Shown piece after piece: positions 13,696 through 24,044 of a DNA stretch of 64,000 nucleotides. The notes under the pieces were generated by a model. It worked only from the letters and a program-made list of their open reading frames with translations, was not told where the DNA came from and did not search any database. The translations under genes and the position numbers were made by a program. Source of the stretch: Macrostomum lignano (Eukaryota); NCBI GenBank assembly GCA_002269645.1, contig NIVC01001760.1, positions 5,277 to 69,276 of the forward strand, in the 5' to 3' direction. Numbering within the stretch: the first letter of the stretch is position 1; every line of letters starts with the position of its first letter.

Positions 13696-14398
13696 AGGTA
13701 CAAGAACCGGTAATTAGGTGCGGGAACAGGTACAAGAACCGGGTAATTAGGTGTGAGAACAGTTACAAGAACCGGTAATTAGGTGCAAGAACAGGTACAA
13801 TAATCAGTAATTAGGTGTGAGAACAGGTACAAGAACCGGGTAATTAGGTGCGGGAACAGGTACAAGAACCGGGTAATTAGATGCGGGAACAGGTACAAGA
13901 ACCGGGTAATTAGGTGCGGGAACAGGTACAAGAACCGGGTAATTAGGTGCGGGAACAGGTACAAGAACCGGGTAATTAGGTGCGGGAACAGGTACAAGAA
14001 CCGGGTAATTAGGTGCGGGAACAGGTACAAGAACCGGGTAATTAGGTGCGGGAACAGGTACAAGAACCGGGTAATTAGGTGCAAGAACAGGTACAAGAAC
14101 CGGGTAATTAGGTGCGGGAACAGGTACAAGAACCGGGTAATTAGGTGCGGGAACAGGTACAAGAACCGGGTAATTAGATGCGGGAACAGGTACAAGAACC
14201 GGGTAATTAGGTGCGGGAACAGGTACAAGAACCGGGTAATTAGGTGCGGGAACAGGTACAAGAACCGGGTAATTAGGTGCGGGAACAGGTACAAGAACCG
14301 GGTAATTAGGTGTGGGAGCAGGTACAAGAACCGGGTAATTAGGTGTGGGAGCAGGTACAAGAACCGGGTAATTAGGTGTGGGAGCAGGTACAAGAACC
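13696..14398. repeat. 33-bp minisatellite (GTACAAGAACCGGGTAATTAGGTGCGGGAACAG)n in PRDM1 intron
   Basis: About 21 tandem units. Confidence 0.96.
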
Positions 14399-14490
14399 AA
14401 GAACAAGTACAAGGTGTTGGCACAGAGATTTACGGGAACAAAGGCTTACACTATTAATAATTTTCTAATTTAAATTCTTTCAACCCGCAG

Positions 14491-14845
14491 GCGGCCACGG
14501 TGTGGAGTCGGGATGCCATTCCCAGGGGCACTCGATTCGGCCCGCTAAAAGCGCCCCTAGCAACGGTCGCCACGGACAGATGCTGGCGGGTTCCCAGATC
14601 CGCGTCCGGCCAGCTTCAGCCGGGGTCAGCTGAGGTCAGCTATTATGACGTGACCTCTCCCAGGCGCTGCAACTGGCTGGCTTGTCTGCGCCAGTCGGCC
14701 AGAGACTTCAACGTCGTTGCGGCGATGCGCGGCGATGAGTTGTACTTTTACACTGTCGAATCGGTGGGCTGCGACCGCGAGCTGGTGGCCTGGTACGGGG
14801 CGGACCTGCTGCGGCTGGCCTCGGCGCGGCCGAGGGATCGGCCAG
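14491..14845 (+). CDS. PRDM1: PRDM1/Blimp-1 PR/SET-domain exon
   Basis: Acceptor TTCTTTCAACCCGCAG|14491; AATVWSRDAIPRGTRFGPL...NWLACL...FNVVA...ELYFYTV...ELVAWYG matches PR domain; donor G|GTGAG at 14845/14846, phase 1. Confidence 0.9.
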
Positions 14846-14894
14846 GTGAGAATTAGGGGAATCGAAGTGGATTAGTAGGATTAGGATTTGAATT

Positions 14895-15280
14895 GAAATA
14901 TTGGGATTTAAATTGGGAGATTGGGATTCGAAGTGTGGGAGATTGGGATTCGAACTGTGGGAGATTGGGATTCAAAGTGTGGGAGATTGGGATTCAAAGT
15001 GTGGGAGATTGGGATTCGAACTGTGGGAGATTGGGATTCGAACTGTGGGAGATTGGGATTCGAACTGTGGGAGATTGGGATTCGAACTGTGGGAGATTGG
15101 GATTCGAAGTGTGGGAGATTGGGATTCGTGTGGGAGATTGAGATTCAAGTGTGGGAGATTGGGATTCGAACTGTGGGAGATTGGGATTCGAAAGTGTGGG
15201 AGATTGGGATTCAAGTGTGGGAGATTGGGATTCAAGTGTGGGAGATGGATTCAATGATTGGGATTCGAACTGGAAGATTG
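14895..15280. repeat. ~22-bp minisatellite (TGTGGGAGATTGGGATTCGAAC)n
   Basis: Tandem units with length variants, starting ~50 bp after the exon donor. Confidence 0.93.
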
Positions 15281-15688
15281 GGAGTAAAAGAATTAGAAAA
15301 CAACTGAGTTTTCATAGTAATGCCCAGCAATGGCAGCATATTATATAGCAATCATAAATGATAATAAAGGCCAAATAATGTAGCTCTCAGTACAAAACTT
15401 AAATTTGAGCTGCAAAGCCCAGTGAGCCTTCATTCGTATTCCTTGTCGCAAGAGGAAGAGACACTGGCAATAAAACTCCCCACAATACTGGGCAGACTGG
15501 CTGCATCAGATAACGATGGGAAACGGTGGCCAGGTGATGCCCGGCCGAGATAAACTCAGCTGGGAGTCTTATTGGGGAACAATGGCAGTGGCATGGGAAA
15601 ACGGAGAATGCATTAGCAAATGTTACAAAACAGCTCTGGCAATATTTGATACATGCGCACAGAAATATTTTCTCAATTCAATTGGCAG

Positions 15689-16790
15689 AATCTTCGGCCG
15701 AGTCGCACCAGTCTCCGGCAAAAAAGACAAAGCAACACCACCACCAGCAGCACCAGCAGCCGGCGTTGCCATTCTCCATCGAGAGGCTGACTGGCGACCC
15801 GGAGCTCGCGTCGGCAATGCAGCGGCAGTCGGCTGCGCTCTCCTTTCCCAGGCCGCCGCCTCCGCCGCACCTGCCGCACCTGCCGCACCTGCCGCCGCCG
15901 CCACCGCCGAAAGCCGGCCTGCACTGGCCGTACAACTCGGAGCTGCACAGCCAGCAGCACTCGCCAATGTTCGCCGCAGCCTCGGCGGCCGAGCAGCGCT
16001 GCCGAGAATTCGGCCACCCGCCCGTCCTGCCGCCGCCTGTGCCGCCGATTCCGCCGGCGCACTTCAACGACCAAGCGGCCGCGGCGGCGGCGGCGGCAGC
16101 GGCGGCGGCATCACTGTTTCCCTGCGGCCGGCCGCCCATCCTGCCGCTGCCGCTGCTCACCCAGCTGTACGCCAGCAGCATGGGCCTCCTCAACCTGCCG
16201 CTGTGGCCGCAACCGCCGCCGCGCCGCCGTCTCATTCAGTGGCGCCACCGCTGCCGGCTGTTCCATCGGCTTCGCCGAGGTCAAGCCAGCAGGCGCCGCA
16301 CCAGCTGCCGCCGCCGCCGTCGATGCCGCCGCAGCCTCTGCCGGCACATAACAGCGGTCAGCATCGCCGTGCCGCTGCCATGGCGAGCCCGACTGGCCCC
16401 GCGGCCGCAGCGGCGTTGGCGGCGGCGGCTGCTGCTGCAGCCTCCACTTCGTCTGGAGCTTCGCTGTCAAGCAGCCTCCGCTGATTGCAGCACGCGCAGC
16501 TGCGGCGCCGGCGGCCGCTGTCGAGTCCCCGTCGAGCGGTCGACCTCGGCACAATCGGCGTCGCGACGCTGGCGCCTCGCCGTCGAACGCGAGCAGCGAG
16601 GACGCACCGGTGCAGCACTGGCCTTCAGGCCCAGGGCGAACACGATCCGTCGGTCTTGCAGCAGTGGTCGGACAACGGGACATTCTAGACGCAGGCAACG
16701 TACGCGAGTTCGGCCGCTGCCACGAAGGTGACGCGGACGCACACGGGCGAGCGGCCTTTGCGACCTGATTGCGCGACGGCTCACGGGGGA
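15689..16790 (+). pseudogene. PRDM1: Truncated, indel-bearing second copy of the PRDM1 last exon (duplicated block 15345-~16620 matches 23689-~24960)
   Basis: Near-identical to 24045 onward with the same phase-1 acceptor; frameshift near 16210; sequence decays into scrambled remnants of ZF1-2 at 16620-16790. Probably an alternative haplotype or assembly artefact. Confidence 0.75.
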
Positions 16791-17668
16791 GACACCCTGG
16801 ACCGTGTCGGCCGGTCGTACTTGCTCGGGGTCGACACCCGTTAACTCTTCGGTCGCCAAGTCGCGCTGGGCCGTCAGCGGAGTCTGCGAAAGGTGCGGCC
16901 CGTCACTCCCCTCCTCCGGGCGCCGCGCGAGGCCAGGATCCACTAAGAGAGACAGACCCCGGAGCCTCCCCAACAAGGGACCCCCCAACTCACACAGCTC
17001 AAAACCCCGCACAGCCAACAACACGCACTCAAACGCCGCCTGCAGCACCGAAGGCGGGACCCTCCGACACCTCCCGGAACCACCACCAGAACCTCTCTTC
17101 CGCCCATACTGATTGCACAGAAACGACACAGACACTGCTAAGAATCTAGACAACTGCTCAGGCACACTCACACCAGCCCCATCAAGAAACCTCGCCACCT
17201 CCTGAACCACCAGGCAAGCTCCTTCACTATCCCCAGCCCTCAACCGCGCCAGCAGCGCACCCCTCAGCCGCCTACACTCAGCAAGCGCAGCCGGAGCCAA
17301 TAACTCGGCTGGGATCTCCGCGTGAACTGGAGCTTCCCCTGCGGCGCTTCCCTTAAGACTAGCCAAAGCTAACCTGACCTGCTCGGGCAACTCAACGTCA
17401 GGGGGAGGATTGAAAAAGTAGGCGTACTTTAACACCCCTTGACACGCTGCCTCCCAACCCGATCGTATACTTCCCGAAACACTGGGTCAGATAAAACGCA
17501 CATCGCCATCACGTCTCGCTGAGACTCCGGAGACTCTACCTCGGCAGGACAGACGCGGGGCCGCTTTGAGTACAGACGACTACACGCTGCCTCAATCTCC
17601 GCAGAGTTAGCAGTCCGACCCACGCCTAACACGCCATACAAATCAGTCGGTGTCGTTGGCGACGACAT
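16790..17668 (-). CDS. E1 ORF3: HPD-less J-like domain plus uncharacterised helical domain (1-nt frameshift at G-run 17435-17438; true 3' end lost)
   Basis: ATG 17668; DLYGVLGVGRTANSAEIEAACSRL...MCVLSDPVFREVYDRVG has J-domain helix I/II/IV signatures; continues in ORF 16467-17435 if one G is added; C-terminal part aligns with E2 ORF3. Confidence 0.75.
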
Positions 17669-18005
17669 GGTCCTCCTGCAATGATGACATTTAAACCCAA
17701 TCACTACCTATGCCTTGCGGACTAGCAACTGTGACCCTGACCTGACCCATCCTATGACATGTTTATTTTACAATACGATTGAGAACGCTTCTTGCCTAGC
17801 ATACTTTGTAATTTTAATACATTTAATGTTTTTTACGTGCTTTCCATGCGTTCCATTTTATGATTTTTTTGTGCTTTGGGGTTGTATCATTTTTTTCATT
17901 TTAGGTTATTTTAGGCTTTCTACCATAGACAACAGCGTGGAGGCATTAATACAAGTGCATATTAAAAATCAATTTATGACGACCGCCTTGTGAGCCCACT
18001 GCGAA

Positions 18006-21000
18006 TTAACGATACAATACCGGATTCCCGTAATACGCTGGGGGCACACCCCGACGCTCGCGCAGTCTGCGCGGAGACACGGCTGGCGCCGCTGGAGCCA
18101 CCGGTGCGCATGGCGCAACTGGCGTTCCCGGCCCTACTATCCCATGCCGAGGCCCAACGGCAACTGGTGGCACCACATACGAGTAAAACTCCTCCTCCTC
18201 CTCAAGTTCCGGCTCTTTAGTCGCCGGCCCCGCGGGCTCCTGTCTGCACCCTGCCGGCTCAGGCGGATGCGCCGACCGGCGCTGCACTGCCGTATGCCTA
18301 TTCATCAACCTGAACTGCTCAGGCCGCTCGGGTACTTTTCGCAAATTATTATAATGCACTATTTTGCTCTTTCCCCTATTGGCGTGCTTTACCCGGTAAT
18401 TCAAATCGGATATCTTCTCTAACACCTTCGCCGGCCCCTTCCAATTGCAATGGAACTTGGCTGCCTCCCCTGCCTGCAGCGCAGGCGAGTATTCTAGGAC
18501 GGCATCCCCAACTTCTATGGCCGGGCCTCGCACCCTTGAGTCGTACAGCACTTTCTGTTTCCTCTGGTACTGCTGCAGGTTGGTCCGCACCTGCGAATGA
18601 GCCTCAGCCAGACTATTACCTAATGACTGAACATACGCCGGAGCACTGGCAGGAATGGACTCAGGCAAGGTTCCAATGTCCACTGGAAGCCGCATCTCCC
18701 TGGCGTACAGCATGTAGTACGGGGTGTACCCCGTGCCTCTGTGAACGCTGCTACGGTACGCCATGAGAGACGGGTGGATCAGATCCTCCCAGTCTCCTTC
18801 GCCCACCGACTCACTCATCCTGCACTTGATCATTGACTTCAACGTCTTATTGAAACTCTCAGCCTGACCATCAGCCATCGGGTGATAGGAGGACGTTCTG
18901 CATTTCTTAACGGCAAGCAACCGACACAACTGCTTCATCAAAGCCGACTCAAAATTGGTGCCCTTATCGGTGACTAGAAATTCAGGACAACCAAAGTGCG
19001 CAATCCAGTGATCAAAAATCGCTCGCGCCACCGTCGGGGCTCGCTGATTCGACAAGGGCACCGCCACCGGCCACTTAGTAAAAGAATCCTGGATTGTCAG
19101 CACGAATCGATTGCCACCTCTGGACTTGGGCAACGGCCCGACAATGTCACTCATGATCCTCTGGAAAGCTCCTTCCGAGCAGATTGGCTGCAAAGGCGCC
19201 CGGTTGCTGCGCCCAGGCTTCGCCTTCGCACAGTGGACACAGCTCCGGCAATACTCTTCCACGGAACGACTCAGCCCCGGCCACCAGTATCTCGCCTTCA
19301 CTTTCTCTTGTGTCTTCCTAACCCCAAGGTGCCCTCCTGCAACCCCATCATGAAGCTCACTGAGCACTTTCGGCAGCAAAGCCGGCGGCAGCAAGATCTT
19401 TTTCTGGCACCCACTCCCGGGACTCTGAAAATACAACAGATCAGACTCTACTCTTATCAGCTGCCGTTGTGCCCACAGCACACGCTCCTCCCACGACATC
19501 ACTCTAGGCGCACTGGGGTTCGAACCCGGGTCCAGGGCATAGGAGCGGACAGCTGCAAGCTTCTTCTCGGCCACTTGCGCCTGCTGGACTTCCTTCGAAG
19601 ACAGCCCACTGCCAAACACCGCGTTCACTACTGGCACATTCTCGCTAAACTGGCAGCTAGGGCAGCTCTCATGGCCAGCGTGTTTTCGGTACTTGCGAGA
19701 CAGCGAATCAGCGTTGCCGTGCTCCTTGCCTGGCCTGTGAATGATCTCAAAGTCGAAGTTCTGGAGCGACTCAAGCCACCTTGCGCACTGACCCTCTACG
19801 TCCTTCAGACTGGCTAGCCACTGCAAAGCTTTGTGGTCTGAACGAACAGTGAACTTTCTACCTAACAAATAGTACCTATACTTTTTGACGAAGTGCACGA
19901 CGGCAAGCAACTCTAACCTGGTGGTGCAATAATTTTTCTCCGCCGCATGAATCATCCTAGACCCGTAAGCGATCACCTTCTCACGGCCATCTGCTTGACG
20001 CTGTGACAGGACGGCTCCCAGCCCGACGCGCGAACTGGCGTCCGTGTCGAGGATGAACTCCCCGGCACCAGGCGAAAAATCCGGGAATGCCATCACATTC
20101 GGTGAACACAAAGCGTCTTTCAGCCTGCAAAACGAGCTCTCCTCTTCACTACCCCACTCAAACTTCACTCCGTCTGCGGTTAACCTATACAGCGGCGCTG
20201 CAATCTCTGAAAACTGCGGGATAAATGACTGATAGTAGGCGCACGTACCCAGGAATGCCTGCACCTTCTTGGCGCTACATGGCCTCGGCCAATTCTGGAT
20301 CTCCTCGCACTTGCTCGGATCCGTTGCGATCCCCTCCTGAGAGACGATGTGGCCCAGAAACTTCACCCGCTCTGCGAGGAACACACACTTGGCGGGCTTC
20401 AGCTTGACATTGGCATCCCTCAGGCACTGGAAAACATGCTTCAATCGCTCGAGATGCTGACCCACCGACTTGGCGAACACGACTATATCGTCAAAGTACA
20501 CCAGGCACTCCTTCCAGTTAACCTCAGACAGGGCCATAGACATTAGCCTGGCGAACGTAGCGGGAGCATTGCGCAAGCCAAAACTCATGCACTTCCAGGC
20601 GAACTGACCCCTGTTGGGTACCACGAACGCCGTTTTCAACTGGTCCTTCGGCTCAATCGGGCACTGATGATAGCCGGAGGCCAGATCCATCGTCGAGAAA
20701 ACACAGTTCCCTCCTAGCGCATCAAGCGTCTCGTCCATCCGCGGCGGTGGGTAAGGATCTGGCACTGTGACCTCGTTAAGGCGCCGATAGTCTAGACACA
20801 ACCTCAAGCTACCGTCGGCCTTTTTAACCGGCACGATCGGGCTCGCCCACGGAGAGTAGCAGGGATAGATGCGATCCTGCTGCAACAACTCATCAACCTG
20901 CTTATCAATTTCCTCCTTCCAGCGCGGTGGAATCCTACGCGCGGGCTGACTTACTGGCTTGGCGTTGCCGGTGTCAATCTCATGCGCCATCAAGTGTGAC

Positions 21001-21942
21001 TGTCCCAACTCCGAGCTATCCCTGGCAAAGACATCACGATTCCGAGCCATCAGGCGCTCAAACTCGTGCTTCTCATCGCCCGTCAGGCCACATCCTCCCC
21101 ACTCCTTGACATCGCTGAGGGGGTTCCAGTCGTCTCGGACACTCTCCACCGAGTTCACCTGCCACCCAGCTGGCTGCTGGGCCGCCACTGGGGAGAACCA
21201 ACCAATTCGGCTTCCCTTCCTTAATGACAGACTGCATCCTGACGTGTTCAACACCCTGACAGCCAAGCGACCGTCCCCGTCAGGCATCTGTACCGATCTG
21301 GCCACCATCTGCTCGTTACTCACTCTCCTCTCAGACTCCACAATGCCTAGGAACTGAACCCCAGAGGGAACCCTTCTCTGCAACCTGACGTGCACCACCT
21401 TCTCTTGACCTGCATTGAACTGCTCAGGCTGACTCAGCACCAGACGGCAAAGACGCGGCTTATCTGCTGATAAGCGAAACGGATACACACAGGATGCAGT
21501 CTGCAAGCAATTCCTAGCAAAGTCAATCGCCATCCGTGTCTCACGAAAAAGTCAGTGCCCAGAATACATGCCACAGCCAGTTCCTCGACCACAGCGAACT
21601 CGTGCAAAAACTCGGTGTCCCCAACAGAAAACTTCATCGTCACCATTCCATGTACAGCAATCGGTTCCCCATTGGCAGCGAAAACGGAAAAATTCGGCAA
21701 ATTCGGCAATAAGTCAATGTCGGCTTTTTTAGACTTCAGGAAACGGTTGCTTAACAACGACACGGTGGCCCCGCTGTCAAGCAGACATGCAATCGGGGGC
21801 CCAAACCTAAACTGTGCATCCACATAGCCCAGTCCCTGCCGACTCAGCACACTCTGGGACAAGGCCGCGGCCCCCGATGCACCCGGATTCACTGACGCTG
21901 GGGCCCGGACGGGTGCCCCGGCCGAGCCCCAATCCGTTTCCC
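18006..21942 (-). CDS. E1 pol (protease, RT, RNase H, integrase) with two apparent 1-nt deletions
   Basis: LLDSGATVS protease (ORF 21434-22066); RT YFDD, RH LDTDAS/TRLELLAVV/SDH, INT HHCC, DDE and GPY/F-like NWKGP (ORF 18006-21533); frame breaks upstream of the protease and near 21533. Confidence 0.95.
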
Positions 21943-22868
21943 GAACCCGACTGGTCCCACCGACGATAGCAGCGGTTGCGCATGTGCCCTGACTGGCCAC
22001 ACTCCCGGCAGACCACTGCATTACGGCACCGAGCCGTAGTATGCCCTGTCTGCAGGCACCGACCACACTGCCTCTGCTGCTGACTCTGCTCAGGGGCTCG
22101 ATGCTGCAAGCTCACTTTTGGCTGCTCAGACCTTGCTGTCGCCATCGGCGCAGTGGGCGCTGCAGCACTTGCTTTTAGCTGAGCCACTTCCGCTTTCAGA
22201 GCTGCTATCTCGGCGGCTGCCCTGGACTCCTGGCTGTTGCCAGCCGCTGCGGCCTGACCCCCCACCATGTGCACAGCTCGCTTGCCCTCGGGCTCCATCA
22301 GAGCCAACGATGCCCTCACTTGACGCACCCGCCTAATAGCGTCCTGGAGCGTCTCTGGCGCTTGCAGCAGCACGCTCTCCAGCACCCGGGCTGGCACCCG
22401 AATCCCCTTCAAAAACCTGTCTTTCACCAACTCTTCTCGCTGGGCCGCTGGCAGCATTGGGTACGATTTTCTCATAAGCTCCTTGAGCACGTCTGCATAT
22501 TCTTCAATGGGCTCGCCATCTTTCTGATTCCTACTCTGGAACTCGGTCTTGTAATCTTGAGCAGTCCTATTCTCATCAAACCTAGCCTCTAGCTGCTCAA
22601 CAAACTCATCATACGGCAAATCATCGGCCAACTCAAGATTCGCAACAGCCTTAAAAGCAGTATTAAAGTCAAGCAGACTGAGCAGCGCCTGCTTGCGCTG
22701 ATCCCCTAGAATATGAGCCGCCTCACAATACCCTGTGAATTGTTGCATCCAAAGGGCAAAGTCCTGTGTGGGCACGTACTTATTTGGCCTCGGCACCCGC
22801 TGTGCCACATTAAGTTCGTTTTGCAGACGCGCCGTCAGGGCGTCAATCAGATCGTCTAAATTGGCCAT
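21807..22868 (-). CDS. E1 gag
   Basis: MANLDDL start (ATG 22868); retrotransposon capsid-like FALWMQQFTGY..; knuckles CGRCLQTGHTTARC and CRECGQSGHMRNRC. Confidence 0.92.
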   Translation of the reverse strand: MANLDDLIDALTARLQNELNVAQRVPRPNKYVPTQDFALWMQQFTGYCEAAHILGDQRKQALLSLLDFNTAFKAVANLELADDLPYDEFVEQLEARFDENRTAQDYKTEFQSRNQKDGEPIEEYADVLKELMRKSYPMLPAAQREELVKDRFLKGIRVPARVLESVLLQAPETLQDAIRRVRQVRASLALMEPEGKRAVHMVGGQAAAAGNSQESRAAAEIAALKAEVAQLKASAAAPTAPMATARSEQPKVSLQHRAPEQSQQQRQCGRCLQTGHTTARCRNAVVCRECGQSGHMRNRCYRRWDQSGSGNGLGLGRGTRPGPSVSESGCIGGRGLVPECAESAGTGLCGCTV

Positions 22869-22972
22869 GGCTACAAAAACACAGAGACAACCGAAGCAAA
22901 CAACACACAAATAAACTAGGCAACACACACAACCCTAAACACACGGCAGGACAGCAGGGGAGAGGACCGCTG

Positions 22973-22990
22973 ATCCTGGTCACGGCACCA
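22973..22990 (-). promoter_or_regulatory. E1 primer-binding site, tRNA-His
   Basis: TGGTGCCGTGACCAGGAT, 2 nt after the LTR end, complementary to the invertebrate tRNA-His 3' end (ATCCTGGTCACGGCA-CCA). Confidence 0.85.
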
Positions 22991-22992
22991 CT

Positions 22993-23688
22993 TGTTGTGT
23001 CTCGGCCTAATGGCCGCTGGACGGGTCAAGGTTCGGGCCCTCCCCGCCTGAGACACCCCGGTCCCAGCCCTCACCCCGGCTATTCCTACCCTGTCTCGCT
23101 CGGTTCGGCGAGAGTTCGCCTGACCGAACACCCTGGGATCGGCGAGAGTTCACCGTTCCCAGGTCCCTGCAGATCCCGGCCCCACGCGGCAACCCAGAAG
23201 AACGAAAGCTCGAGCTCACCTCCTCTTGATATATCGAGTTACTAACGAAGCGTTTATTGGCCCGAAGCAGTTATTGGCACGCGAAGGCAGAGGTACGCCG
23301 ATGAACGCAAAAACAGTAAGAACGAAGCGGACACCAATAGAGAGCAAACGTGGAGCGCAGCCCGCTCAGGGCTAGCATTTAAATAATACACAAAAAAGGG
23401 GGAGGGGTGGGGCAGAATGGAGACGGCGAGCCAAACCCTGGGCCCAGCCGGCTTATCAGCCAGCCAGCCAATACGAGCAGCCCAGGGTGAGGCGGGCAAC
23501 GAGGGAGGGGGGCACCCAGATTGGACAGAGATTGGGCCGGGGGCTGGGTGCAAAGGGCTAGGCCAGGGTTGAGACTTACGCCTCTCACAAACCCTGGCCC
23601 GGGCGCGAGACGGGGGACGGGGCGGGGTGGCATGAAAACTGAAAACAAAAGTACGAGTACATACACACTGGAAGGGCGCAGCCCAACA
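22993..23688 (-). repeat. E1 5' LTR (696 bp)
   Basis: TGTTG...CAACA termini; TATTTAAA (~23377-23384), AATAAA (23253-23258) and splice-donor-like AG|GTGAGC (GT 23219-23218) on -; host sequence resumes at 23689. Confidence 0.85.
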
Positions 23689-24044
23689 ATAGCAATCATA
23701 AATGATAATAAAGGCCAAATAGTGTAGCTCTCAGTACAAAACTTAAATTTGAGCTGCAAAGCCCAGTGAGCCTTCATTCGTAAATCGTAGTTCCTTGTCG
23801 CAAGAGGAAGAGACACTGGCAATAAAACTCCCCACAATACCTGGGCAGACTGGCTGCATCAGATAACGATGGGAAACGGTGGCCAGGTGATGCCCGGCCG
23901 AGATAAAACTCAGCTGGGAGTCTTATTGGGGAACAATGGCAGTGGCATGGGAAAAACGGAGAATGCATTAGCAAATGTTACAAAACAGCTCTGGCAATAT
24001 TTGATACATGCGCACAGAAATATTTTCTCAATTCAACTTGGCAG

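Larger units (their letters stand above)
16790..23688 (-). mobile_element. Ty3/Gypsy LTR retrotransposon E1 (5' LTR, PBS, gag, pol, ORF3); 3' LTR not present
   Basis: LTR TGTTG..CAACA, tRNA-His PBS, gag with two CCHC knuckles, PR-RT-RH-INT order; antisense within the PRDM1 intron; left end merges into the garbled exon copy. Confidence 0.95.

Noticed and set aside
16467-16790. C-terminal extension of E1 ORF3 (VSPVSRRAIRSQ...)
   Set aside because: It is the antisense of the scrambled PRDM1 exon copy, not element sequence.
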